Of a stretch of DNA of 64,000 bases, positions 38,047 through 47,794 are shown one piece after another. The position numbers and the translations under genes are program-made. The DNA is taken from the IMG/VR virus record IMGVR_UViG_3300034092_002263; one strand, written 5' to 3'. This stretch comes from an uncultured virus (IMG/VR IMGVR_UViG_3300034092_002263) (Duplodnaviria; Heunggongvirae; Uroviricota; Caudoviricetes). The number at the start of each line of letters is the position of its first letter. Position 1 is the first letter of the stretch. Under the pieces are notes generated by a model, which saw only the letters and a list, made by a program, of their open reading frames with translations, made no database searches and was not told where the DNA came from.

Positions 38047-38477
38047 GCTACATATTTGGTAAAGAACAATTTCTACAAAAGTATAAACAGCTTTCTAGCC
38101 AAGAAAGAAGAAATATATGGATCATTGTTCATACATCAGATGAATCTGACATTTATTTAGAAGACTATAGTGATTGGCTAACTATTGGGAATTATTGTAA
38201 CGCTAACAAGTTAACTATTAGTAAAATTTCTCTACAGTATAAAAGTCATGTTGTAGATTTTGATACTACTAATGCCGATGGTGTTTATTTATCCAAAACG
38301 GCAAAGGGTACACTTGGCGGTGAAACAAAGCAGTGCTATAGCATTGGTGTGTTAAGGGAAAATAAAATATATCGCACACTATATGCTATACCAGAATTGA
38401 TAGAAGATCTAAAATTAGAAGACGAAGTTGAAAACTGTTTGAAAGAGGCTTTAGTTGTATATGACAAAGAAAGATAA
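38043..38477 (+). CDS. hypothetical protein
   Basis: ATGA overlap. Confidence 0.65.
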   Translation: MSYIFGKEQFLQKYKQLSSQERRNIWIIVHTSDESDIYLEDYSDWLTIGNYCNANKLTISKISLQYKSHVVDFDTTNADGVYLSKTAKGTLGGETKQCYSIGVLRENKIYRTLYAIPELIEDLKLEDEVENCLKEALVVYDKER

Positions 38478-38982
38478 ACCTTCATTATTCAACCAAAAGT
38501 ATCAATCTCAATGGTCAGAAACTCATAAGTATAAACATATCCATACTGGTGAGTATTGCACTTTTGAAGCGTATGTTGCTGAATATATTGTACTTAGAAG
38601 GGCTGAAAAACTAAATCTAGGTAAACCTTCCTACAAGTTTTGGACTAAGGGAGATCCTAATCACTGGTTGTGGAAAAAACAACTTGGTGCAGCAAGACAG
38701 CTTAAAAAGAAATATAGCGAAGAAGCAATATTGAGAGCAATCAAATCAAAAGAATTTGACAAACTGCTAGTACTTGGTGTGCAAGATGGTAGGGGCTACA
38801 AGATTAATCCGCTTGCGGAACGTGTTATCGCAATGTATGATAGTAGGGTAAGGGAAGAAGCAGACAAGCAAAAGGCACTTGAAGCACCAATTACTACCGA
38901 ACCTCCACAACAATTGGAACTAAGAAAAACTCAAACATCAACTAAAAATAAGACAATGTTAAATAAATTGAGGGACTTATGA
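38461..38982 (+). CDS. hypothetical protein
   Basis: ORF coupled to recA. Confidence 0.65.
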   Translation: MTKKDKPSLFNQKYQSQWSETHKYKHIHTGEYCTFEAYVAEYIVLRRAEKLNLGKPSYKFWTKGDPNHWLWKKQLGAARQLKKKYSEEAILRAIKSKEFDKLLVLGVQDGRGYKINPLAERVIAMYDSRVREEADKQKALEAPITTEPPQQLELRKTQTSTKNKTMLNKLRDL

Positions 38983-40085
38983 ATAAAACAAAAAAGAAAT
39001 CAATATCTAAGTTTGACTCCGATGTAGTAAGCAATTCTGTCATTACTAAGTATGGAGATGTTGTGCGAAGCGGAACGGAAGTTCTAGAGTCCATTAATAG
39101 TCTAGAAGTTATAGGCTTATCTCCAGCATTAGATATTGCACTAGGTGGAGGTTTAAGAGAAGGTTCTGTTGTAGTCATGACGGGCGATCCGAAAAGTGGT
39201 AAAACTACAACCGCTTTGCATTTTGCTGCTAAATGTCAAGCTAAAAATAAAAGAGTAATCTATGTCAATACTGAAGGTAGATTATCAAAACAGAATTTTG
39301 AAGGAATAAAGGGTCTAAATCCAGACAATATTATTATCATCGAATCAACAGATGATAGAATACTAACAGCCGAAGATTTTCTCAACATTATAGAGTACTA
39401 TATCAACAATGATCCCGGCTGTTTAATAATAGCAGATTCTTTATCAAACATGGTTCCCGCTTGTGAACTTGAAGGGGAGGTTAGGACCGGTGTTAGAAAT
39501 GCTTTACCTAGATTACTATCTATGTTTTTTAAGCGTATTAGTGGCACGTTGATGAAGAATAAAATTATGCTAATTTGCATCACACACAATATTGCTAATA
39601 CCGGAGGATCTCCATATGCACCATCAAAAATGGCAGATTGTGGAAACATGTTACAATATCAAGCTGGAACCAATATGATTATTACACATCGTGGTAAGTG
39701 GCAAGTACCAAAAGACACTGGCGAACACGTTGGACAAATTGCTAACTGGTCTATTAAAACTTCTAACGCTGGTGGAAGACCAAATAGCACCGCCGAAAGT
39801 TGGATTCGATATGGTGTAGGAATAGACGAAGTGCAAGAAATTATTCACATAGCTTGTGAGTTTAGATTAATAAAGGCTAGTGGAGCTTGGTACACTATAT
39901 CATGTGCTGTAGAAAATACAAATCATCCAATAATCTCAAAGATATTATCAGACAATAATATATCTGGAGAAGAAAACGTTGAAAAATTCTTTAAGTTTCA
40001 AGGTGTTAACAATGTATGCGAATTCTTAACACAGAATAAACTGATTGCAGATTTTGTATACGAAAAAATAAAGGAGCTATATTGA
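38979..40085 (+). CDS. recA: RecA/UvsX-like recombinase
   Basis: LDIALGGG, Walker A GDPKSGKT, IIADSL, GID and GAWY. Confidence 0.9.
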   Translation: MNKTKKKSISKFDSDVVSNSVITKYGDVVRSGTEVLESINSLEVIGLSPALDIALGGGLREGSVVVMTGDPKSGKTTTALHFAAKCQAKNKRVIYVNTEGRLSKQNFEGIKGLNPDNIIIIESTDDRILTAEDFLNIIEYYINNDPGCLIIADSLSNMVPACELEGEVRTGVRNALPRLLSMFFKRISGTLMKNKIMLICITHNIANTGGSPYAPSKMADCGNMLQYQAGTNMIITHRGKWQVPKDTGEHVGQIANWSIKTSNAGGRPNSTAESWIRYGVGIDEVQEIIHIACEFRLIKASGAWYTISCAVENTNHPIISKILSDNNISGEENVEKFFKFQGVNNVCEFLTQNKLIADFVYEKIKELY

Positions 40086-40504
40086 AAGTTGTTGGAATAA
40101 ATGGTAAAGAATACGTATGGAATTTAGCTGGATATGATGTCAAAGCCAATGATACAAGATCAAGATCTAAGTACCATTTAAGAGCTAGAATCTTACTAAA
40201 AGATATATTTCATAGTTATAGGATACTTGAAGAGGTTAAATTACCCGGAAGTACCGCAAGGCATCGAAGAGGGGTTTTGTATTTAGACTTTTTCATACCA
40301 CAGGTTAATATGGCAATTGAAGTTCACGGTCAACAACACTATGAATTTAATCCATTTTTCCACAAGAACAAAGCAGATTTTGTCTTGTCTCAAGCCAAGG
40401 ACTATGATAAAATGGAGTGGTGCCGCATCAACAAATTAAGATTAGTTACTCTAAAGTATTCTGACTCAAATGAAGATTGGAGACGACAAATTGTCAACCG
40501 CTAA
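40082..40504 (+). CDS. PD-(D/E)xK endonuclease (DUF559/Vsr-like)
   Basis: LYLDFFIP..AIEVHGQQHY..DYDKMEWC. Confidence 0.75.
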   Translation: MKVVGINGKEYVWNLAGYDVKANDTRSRSKYHLRARILLKDIFHSYRILEEVKLPGSTARHRRGVLYLDFFIPQVNMAIEVHGQQHYEFNPFFHKNKADFVLSQAKDYDKMEWCRINKLRLVTLKYSDSNEDWRRQIVNR

Positions 40505-40952
40505 AGAAAATCTTGAACAACATATTAAAGACATAGACGACTACATCAATGGACACAACACAAAATTCTCATCTTTTAGAGAAGAGTTTTTGTTGGTAGC
40601 AGATATGTCAATAGAAAATCTGAAGAAACTTACTAAAGATGAACTATTTGATAGTGCTTATATGTTATATAGTTATGCTTCATATATACAAGACGATATA
40701 AATCGTAATAAAATTGCGTTAGATTGGTGCAATGATCAATTAGAGAAATTAGTTGTAAAACATAATGACACTTTTGATAAATATACCAAACACGAATCTA
40801 AGAAACAAATTATAGTTCAAGAAAATAGCTATGCAGCAAAAGTAGATCAAATGAGATTAGTAGCAGAAGCAAGACTACAATCTCTAGATGGCAAGGTTTA
40901 TGAGATCAAGAGAAAAGCGGATATCCTACTAGAAAAGGGCAAAAGATCATGA
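40470..40952 (+). CDS. helical/coiled-coil hypothetical protein (start may be TTG 40491)
   Basis: ORF in the replication operon. Confidence 0.6.
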   Translation: MKIGDDKLSTAKENLEQHIKDIDDYINGHNTKFSSFREEFLLVADMSIENLKKLTKDELFDSAYMLYSYASYIQDDINRNKIALDWCNDQLEKLVVKHNDTFDKYTKHESKKQIIVQENSYAAKVDQMRLVAEARLQSLDGKVYEIKRKADILLEKGKRS

Positions 40953-41350
40953 GTATGGAAGAATTTATAAAGACGTTAAGCGAAGAACAAAAGCAAGCTT
41001 TGTTAAAAGCTTTAAGTGATAATAAGCCCACGACAGAGCAAAGTGAACAAACAACAATAAAGAAACATATTAGCAACAGTCAAAGTCAAAATTTTATCAC
41101 AGAAACAAAACCTAAGATACAAAATCAACAAAGGAGAGAGCCAGTGAGAGGAAGGGGAAATGAATGGGTTGATACTGGAGAGGGTAGAGATATTTTTACT
41201 CCAGAAACAGAAAGAACTCCTAGGAAAAGACCGCCACCAGTAAAACAAATGGTAGAATGTCACGCCTGTGGAAAAACATTTAAAGCAGACAAGAGATTTA
41301 TTTATGGAGAATATGTCCGATGCGATAGGTGTGTGGGGAAAAAGCGATAA
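40949..41350 (+). CDS. hypothetical protein with C-terminal zinc finger
   Basis: CHACGK..RCDRC. Confidence 0.65.
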   Translation: MSMEEFIKTLSEEQKQALLKALSDNKPTTEQSEQTTIKKHISNSQSQNFITETKPKIQNQQRREPVRGRGNEWVDTGEGRDIFTPETERTPRKRPPPVKQMVECHACGKTFKADKRFIYGEYVRCDRCVGKKR

Positions 41351-42825
41351 TGGAAGAAAAACTAATTGATGTTGGGTCTGAACGTGCAGTGTTGGCTGGG
41401 CTTATACAACACGGATTAGATGGACATATTACAGTATGTGACTTGATATCTCAGGATACGTTTGGTAATCATAATAACCAAATGTTATATAGGTGTATTG
41501 AACATATTCTTCACAAAGAACAAAAAATAGATATACCTTCTCTTCTCGCTGCCGCAGAGGTTCTACATTATTCAGAAACTATAAATACTACTCAAGAACT
41601 AAAGTATATTAAATCGTTGTTTGATTTTCCAATCAGTATAGAAAATATACTAAGTTTTACAATACAGCTAAAGAAGTTTGAATTTGCCAGAAAGATAAAA
41701 AAGTTAACCGCTAAAATTCATAAAGATGTAGATAAGGTAACTGGCAATGAGAGCATCAATGAAATTGTTCAAATCTTAGAAAGTCCAGTAACAGATTTTC
41801 TTAGAGAAGAAGATAACAGTGGAGAAACTCCAGCTAAAATTGGATCTAACATAAATGAGTATATAGATTTTCTAATAGAGAACAAGTGCGATATAATTGG
41901 TATACCAACAGGCTTTAGTAGATATGATCAAGCAATTGGTGGTGGACTACGCAGAAAGTGTGTAGACTTAGTATCTGCAAGACCTAAAGTGGGTAAATCT
42001 GTTTTTGCTGATAATGTTGCTTTGAATATTACATCTCTTGGCATTCCGGTTCTAGTGCTAGATACGGAGATGTCCAAAGAAGATCATCTTAATAGATTGT
42101 TAGCTAATATTAGCGGCATACCAATAAATGATATTGCAACTGGAAAATTTTCTGAGGATGAAGATAAACACAGAAAAATACAACAGGCTATGGCAACCCT
42201 AGAAAAGGTTCCATATAGTTACATTAGTGTTGCTGGTAAACCGTTTGAGTCAATCTTAAACTTAATCCGTAGATGGGTTGTACAAGAAGTTAAAACTGAT
42301 GAAACTGGTAAAACGAATGATTGCGTAATAATTTATGATTATTTGAAGTTGATGTCTTCCGAGTCTATAACTAATAATATACAAGAATATCAAGCTCTTG
42401 GATTTCAAATAACATCTTTACATAATCTATGTGTTAAATTGGATATACCATGTCTATCATTTGTTCAGTTGAATAGAGATGGCATTACTAAAGAAAGTAC
42501 AGACGCTGTTAGCGGTTCTGATAGATTAATTTGGCTATGTACATCATTTACTATATTCAAAGCAAAATCTCCAGAAGAACTAGCAGAAGATGGTCCTAAT
42601 GCTGGCAATAGAAAGTTAGTCCCAATTGTAACAAGGCATGGTGCTGGACTAAACGACGGAGACTATATTAATATGCAAATGGTCGGTTCTCATGCTAAAT
42701 TATTAGAATTGAGAACTAGAAATGAATTTAAAAATCAACCAGTTGGTGATACCGGACTAGTAGCAAAAGAAGCTATGGATAAAATCAAAAATGAACTTAC
42801 AGACGATCAAGAATCAACTGAATAA
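41350..42825 (+). CDS. dnaB: replicative DNA helicase
   Basis: GIPTGF, ARPKVGKS, DTEM, YDYLKL and QLNR motifs. Confidence 0.92.
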   Translation: MEEKLIDVGSERAVLAGLIQHGLDGHITVCDLISQDTFGNHNNQMLYRCIEHILHKEQKIDIPSLLAAAEVLHYSETINTTQELKYIKSLFDFPISIENILSFTIQLKKFEFARKIKKLTAKIHKDVDKVTGNESINEIVQILESPVTDFLREEDNSGETPAKIGSNINEYIDFLIENKCDIIGIPTGFSRYDQAIGGGLRRKCVDLVSARPKVGKSVFADNVALNITSLGIPVLVLDTEMSKEDHLNRLLANISGIPINDIATGKFSEDEDKHRKIQQAMATLEKVPYSYISVAGKPFESILNLIRRWVVQEVKTDETGKTNDCVIIYDYLKLMSSESITNNIQEYQALGFQITSLHNLCVKLDIPCLSFVQLNRDGITKESTDAVSGSDRLIWLCTSFTIFKAKSPEELAEDGPNAGNRKLVPIVTRHGAGLNDGDYINMQMVGSHAKLLELRTRNEFKNQPVGDTGLVAKEAMDKIKNELTDDQESTE

Positions 42826-43819
42826 TAATATTGAAAAAGTGTTGACAAAGTTAGATATTGACTATGAATTATTTTCAGAAAATATCTATTCAATATGTCC
42901 AATTCATCAAGACAGTGATAATCCAAGAGCATTTTCTTTTTCTAGAAATAAAGGAATTTGGAAGTGTTGGACTAGAGACTGTCAAAATGAACATGGTAAT
43001 GATATATTTGGTCTAATAAAAGGTGTCTTATCACAACAAAAGAATCAACCAATAGACTTTTCAGATGTTCTAAAATGGTCTAAAAATCTATTAGAAATCA
43101 ATGGAAGCGTTAGGATAGAACATAAAACAGAAGAAGTAGAAGAAGATCAATTTGTACAATTAGTCAACAATATAAATAAATTTCATTCAAAAGTTCAGAA
43201 CACTAAAACGCCGTCTATTAAGATTGACTTTGAGTTACATAACTCGTCTGAATATTTTATAGACCGTGGATTTGATAAAAAAACGTTAGATCATTTTGGT
43301 GTGAAAGATTGTGAGCAAAGCGGTATAATGAAAGATAGAGCAATCATACCAATTCATGATGATCTTGGAAGAAATATTATTGGCTTAATTGGAAGATCTA
43401 CAAAAGAATATCGTACACCTAAGTTCATAATATACCCCAAGGGTTTTGACAAAAGAAACTATTTTTACAACTATCATAGAGCAATAGAAAAAGCAAAAGA
43501 AACTTCATGTCTATATATATTAGAAGGTCAAGGTGATGTTTGGAAAATGTACGAAGCTGGAGTAATAAACGCTGTCAGTATTTTTGGTAAAACTTTAACA
43601 GAACAACAGATAGATAAATTACTGAAGTTGCCGATAACGCACTTAATCATCTTAACAGATAATGATCAGTCTGGTAAAGAATCAAAAGTACAAATAAAAC
43701 GTCAACTAGGTAGAATATACAAATTGTCTTTTCCAAAAATTACAGAAAAGGACATTGGAGATATGACAATAGAAAAAATACAAACATCCATTTTGTCAAA
43801 TATGAAAGGAACATATTGA
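42791..43819 (+). CDS. dnaG: DNA primase (Zn finger + TOPRIM)
   Basis: CPIH..CWTRDC; EGQGD; TDND. Confidence 0.88.
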   Translation: MNLQTIKNQLNNNIEKVLTKLDIDYELFSENIYSICPIHQDSDNPRAFSFSRNKGIWKCWTRDCQNEHGNDIFGLIKGVLSQQKNQPIDFSDVLKWSKNLLEINGSVRIEHKTEEVEEDQFVQLVNNINKFHSKVQNTKTPSIKIDFELHNSSEYFIDRGFDKKTLDHFGVKDCEQSGIMKDRAIIPIHDDLGRNIIGLIGRSTKEYRTPKFIIYPKGFDKRNYFYNYHRAIEKAKETSCLYILEGQGDVWKMYEAGVINAVSIFGKTLTEQQIDKLLKLPITHLIILTDNDQSGKESKVQIKRQLGRIYKLSFPKITEKDIGDMTIEKIQTSILSNMKGTY

Positions 43820-44565
43820 TGGCTAAAATAATAGCTATATCTGGAAGAAAACAGTCTGGTAAAAATACTGTAGCTAATTTTATTACTGGGTCTATTCTGA
43901 AAAATAAGGGTATGATCCAAGATTTCAATATAAATAATGATGGTAATCTTGAGATAAAAACTACCAATTCTAAAAATGAAATTGGCTGGGGCGTACTAGA
44001 TTTAATGAGAAAAGATGAAATTTTTATTAACTATGCAGAAAATGAATTGTGGCCGCACGTAAAAATCTATCACTTTGCTGATCCACTAAAAGAGATTTGC
44101 ACAAATCTATTTAATATAGATACAAAAACTGTTTATGGTAATGATAAACAAAAAAATAACAAAATCAATCTTAACTGGGAAGATATGCCAGAAAATCATG
44201 ATAGTAAAAAGGGACGCATGACTGCTAGAGAATTCATGCAACATTTTGGCACAAATATATTAAGAAAAATGAAAGACGACATTTGGGTACAAGCTACAAT
44301 CACTAGAATATTTGGTGAAAATTCAGAAATTGCTATTATACCAGATGTCAGATTTCCAAATGAAATAGAAGCAATTAAAGACAATGGCGGAACTGTTATC
44401 AGACTTACAAGAAATGTATTCAACGATCCACACCATTGTGAGAGTATTCTAGATAAAAATGTGTATGATTGGTCAAACTTTGATTATGTAATAGAGAATC
44501 ATGGTGTATCTGTCAAAGATTTGACATGCGAGTTGAACAAAATTAATAACCTCTGGAACATATAA
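43816..44565 (+). CDS. deoxynucleoside monophosphate kinase
   Basis: ISGRKQSGK, FADPLK, REFMQHFGT and DVRFPNE. Confidence 0.88.
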   Translation: MMAKIIAISGRKQSGKNTVANFITGSILKNKGMIQDFNINNDGNLEIKTTNSKNEIGWGVLDLMRKDEIFINYAENELWPHVKIYHFADPLKEICTNLFNIDTKTVYGNDKQKNNKINLNWEDMPENHDSKKGRMTAREFMQHFGTNILRKMKDDIWVQATITRIFGENSEIAIIPDVRFPNEIEAIKDNGGTVIRLTRNVFNDPHHCESILDKNVYDWSNFDYVIENHGVSVKDLTCELNKINNLWNI

Positions 44566-44566
44566 T

Positions 44567-45586
44567 ATGATTGTAACATATATTCGGTCTTCTAGTTATA
44601 ATAACTACTCGTATTGTGAAATGCAGTATTTCATAACGTATGTGCTTGGATACCAACCGGTTAGTGGTAAAAAGGCAGATTTAGGAACAATTACCCATAA
44701 GGTTATGGAAGTATTAGCAAAGCTAAAAAAAGAATTACAGGATAATCATAATCAAAAAACTTTACTAGTCAATGATGACGCATTGGGAAAAATCAGTACA
44801 TCTAAATCAGATTTTTCTAGTGATAAGCTAGTAGATAAAATACTGGACAAAAGTTTTAGTTTCTATTCGTCTAAATCTACTCATACTTTTACAAAAGCCG
44901 ATAAAAATACATGCTTAGATATGTGCTGGTCGGCTTTAAGTTTTAACAATGGACAATTTGATCCAAGAAATAGAAATATAGTTGCAGCAGAGCCTCATTT
45001 TGATATTCCAATAGATGAAGATTGGGCGCACTACGAATATGAAATAAATGGTAAACTTATTAAAGGGCAACTGGCTATTAAAGGCACAATAGATCTAGTA
45101 ACTGAAATTTCTAATGGCACACTTGAGGCTGTAGATTGGAAAACTGGTAAAAGGCTAGATTGGGCAACTGGTGAGGAAAAAGACTACGAAAAATTAAATA
45201 AAGATCCACAATTACTACTCTATAATTACGCCCTATCCAAGTTATTTCCAGAATACGAACAGTCAATAATGTCCATCTTTTTTATTAAGGATGGAGGTCC
45301 ATTTTCTCTATGTTTTGACAAGTCTGATCAAGACAGATTTCTTAGTATGCTAAAAGACAAATTCTCAGATATACAGAAAAATAACCTACCAAGACCAATA
45401 TCTGTAGATCGTACCAATTGGAAATGCACTAAATTATGCCACTATTGTAAGACAAATTGGCCCGAAACGGATAAAAATATGTGTATCTATATAGACGAGT
45501 ACTTAAAAAAACACGGAATGCAAAAAACTGTAAACGATTGTACAAGATCTGGATTTGACATAGGATTTTATGAGGCTCCGGGTTGA
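44567..45586 (+). CDS. PD-(D/E)xK exonuclease (RecB/Cas4-like)
   Basis: N-terminal Cys, GTITH, KGTIDL, VDWKTG, QLLLY and C-terminal CTKLCHYC. Confidence 0.82.
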   Translation: MIVTYIRSSSYNNYSYCEMQYFITYVLGYQPVSGKKADLGTITHKVMEVLAKLKKELQDNHNQKTLLVNDDALGKISTSKSDFSSDKLVDKILDKSFSFYSSKSTHTFTKADKNTCLDMCWSALSFNNGQFDPRNRNIVAAEPHFDIPIDEDWAHYEYEINGKLIKGQLAIKGTIDLVTEISNGTLEAVDWKTGKRLDWATGEEKDYEKLNKDPQLLLYNYALSKLFPEYEQSIMSIFFIKDGGPFSLCFDKSDQDRFLSMLKDKFSDIQKNNLPRPISVDRTNWKCTKLCHYCKTNWPETDKNMCIYIDEYLKKHGMQKTVNDCTRSGFDIGFYEAPG

Positions 45587-45587
45587 A

Positions 45588-46445
45588 ATGTCAAAATTAT
45601 TAACCATAGGAATGGCTACTTATGATGATTTTGATGGTGTTTACTTCACCATACAGGCTCTTAGGTTGTATCACCCAATCTGTAATTCTGGAGATGTGGA
45701 AATTATTGTAATAGATAATAATCCAAATTCAAATCACGGTGCCACTAATAAACAATTTATCAGTTGGGTCAAAAATGGTAGATACATTCCATACACTCTA
45801 AAAACAAGCACGGCGGTCAGAAATGAAATTTTTAAACAGGCCCAAGGCAAGTACTGCATATCTATGGACTGCCACGTATTGCTTTGTGGGGGCGCTATTG
45901 AAGCATTGCTAAAGTACTATGAAGTCAATCCAGACTGCAAAAATATCGTACAGGGACCACTAGTTTACGATCATCTAGATTTTGATTCTGCGTCAACACA
46001 TTTTAATCCGTGTTGGGATTCTTGTATGTATGGCAAATGGGCAACCAATCATGAAAAACTCAATGAGGGAAAACCGTTTGAGATTCCTATGCAGGGTTTA
46101 GGAGTGTTTTCTTGCGAAACAAAAAATTGGGTGGGTTTTAATAAACATTTTAAGGGTTTTGGTGGAGAAGAAGGATATATTCATGAGAAGTTTAGACAAT
46201 TTGGTGGCAAGGCAATATGTCATCCAGAATTTACTTGGGTGCATAGATTCAATAGACCAAATGGTGTTAAGTATCCACTAATCTTAGAAGATAGAATATG
46301 GAACTATTTTGTTGGGTGGTTAGAGTTGACCCAAGATCCAAATCATACAATTATCCAAGAAATATATAATCATTTCAAAGATAAGATTCCAACAGGCAGT
46401 ATAGATAATATTTTTCAAATGGCAAAAAACAAAATTTTAATATAA
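45588..46445 (+). CDS. GT2-like glycosyltransferase
   Basis: LTIGMATYDD, IVIDNN, MDCH and GFGGEE. Confidence 0.8.
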   Translation: MSKLLTIGMATYDDFDGVYFTIQALRLYHPICNSGDVEIIVIDNNPNSNHGATNKQFISWVKNGRYIPYTLKTSTAVRNEIFKQAQGKYCISMDCHVLLCGGAIEALLKYYEVNPDCKNIVQGPLVYDHLDFDSASTHFNPCWDSCMYGKWATNHEKLNEGKPFEIPMQGLGVFSCETKNWVGFNKHFKGFGGEEGYIHEKFRQFGGKAICHPEFTWVHRFNRPNGVKYPLILEDRIWNYFVGWLELTQDPNHTIIQEIYNHFKDKIPTGSIDNIFQMAKNKILI

Positions 46446-46454
46446 GGAGATATC

Positions 46455-47444
46455 ATGCCCCTTCCAAACAGAAATAAAGATGAAAAAAGAGACGATTTTG
46501 TTGCTAGATGTATGCAAAACGACACAATGAAAAGTGAATATCCAGATCAAGCTCAAAGAGTAGCTATATGTATTAGGCAGGCTACCGCTGATTGTAGCAT
46601 GATAGAAGCAGCAGACTTCGAATTACAAATGGAATCTGGATATGAAGAAGAATTGACAGAAGATAATTTCTACATACCCGTAGCAGCAGAATATGTAGAT
46701 TTTGGAGAAACAGCAGAAGAATGGGATTGTGCTAAAGAACGTCCCGGATTGTGGGAGAATATTAGAAAGAAAAAGGAAAGAGAAGGTAAAAACTATAAGC
46801 CAGCAAAGCCGGGAGATCCAGATAGACCAGATAAAGACGCTTGGAAAAAAGCCCAATCCGATAGCGGAAACGAAATGGCTATTGAACAACTACAAAAAAT
46901 GCATGATCAATTAATGGGAGTTGTCATGAAATTAAAACTTATGGAAGTTGAATTTCAAGATTGGACAAAAGATATGATTTCTAAAGCAGAAGTATATATT
47001 CAAAATGTCTTTGATTTTGTTACATATTATGAACCCGGAAAATATGAAGACGAATATGTAGAGGAACCATCAGAAATAGAAGATGAGGAAACAGAATCTA
47101 AATATCAATATGAAGATCCAGTTACTAGAGAAGTATTTACATATACGCAGAGAAAAACATACAAAAAAGATGGCAAGACTTTAATCTATCTAGGTGAAGC
47201 TAGTGAATATCAAGGTAGAAAGGTACAACTAAATAAGCCATTTAGAACACCAAAGGGTCCAAAAAAGTTTAGCGTATACGTTAAGAACGAAAAGGGTAAT
47301 GTGGTCAAGGTAAATTTTGGTGATCCAAATATGAAAATAAAGAAAAATATACCGGAACGAAGAAAAAGCTTTAGAGCAAGACACAATTGTGATAATCCCG
47401 GCCCCAAGTGGAAGGCTAGATATTGGTCATGCAAAGCTTGGTAA
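46455..47444 (+). CDS. mosaic protein of short conserved phage domains (C-terminus DUF6321-like)
   Basis: C-terminal KKFSVYVKN..VNFGDPNM..RKSFRARHNC..YWSCKAW; acidic linkers. Confidence 0.65.
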   Translation: MPLPNRNKDEKRDDFVARCMQNDTMKSEYPDQAQRVAICIRQATADCSMIEAADFELQMESGYEEELTEDNFYIPVAAEYVDFGETAEEWDCAKERPGLWENIRKKKEREGKNYKPAKPGDPDRPDKDAWKKAQSDSGNEMAIEQLQKMHDQLMGVVMKLKLMEVEFQDWTKDMISKAEVYIQNVFDFVTYYEPGKYEDEYVEEPSEIEDEETESKYQYEDPVTREVFTYTQRKTYKKDGKTLIYLGEASEYQGRKVQLNKPFRTPKGPKKFSVYVKNEKGNVVKVNFGDPNMKIKKNIPERRKSFRARHNCDNPGPKWKARYWSCKAW

Positions 47445-47680
47445 AGAAATGGAAGGATCATCTCGACTCTAATAACATGACATACTGTGAACATTGGATG
47501 TTTGCAGTGTGTCATGGGTTGAGATGTATAAAAGCCGGATTTTGTCTTATATTACATGGTAATTTTCCATGTTTTTTAGTGCATACTGGTAGTGAATTGA
47601 TACATAAATTAGAACAAGATTTTACTAAGAGAGAAAAGGATATTGATGATGAAAAAACCAATACTAAGACCGTTAAGTAA
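47423..47680 (+). CDS. small protein (DUF6356-like)
   Basis: HLDSNNMTYCEHWMFA..LILHGNFP. Confidence 0.55.
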   Translation: MVMQSLVKKWKDHLDSNNMTYCEHWMFAVCHGLRCIKAGFCLILHGNFPCFLVHTGSELIHKLEQDFTKREKDIDDEKTNTKTVK

Positions 47681-47794
47681 TGGCCCTAGATCTTCTGACA
47701 AAGAACCAAAAAAAAGACCTCTCTTGCCGTTGAAAAATTCTTGATCGTAGGGTAAGATAGAGTATCGACACGTTGCACATAGGAGAAATATACA

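Noticed and set aside
31412..42825. Inteins or introns in nrdA, nrdB, recA and dnaB
   Set aside because: Lengths are ordinary and no splice-junction or LAGLIDADG motifs were seen
44567..45586. Cas4 as part of a CRISPR system
   Set aside because: No array or other cas genes; stand-alone Cas4/RecB-like nucleases are common in phage replication modules
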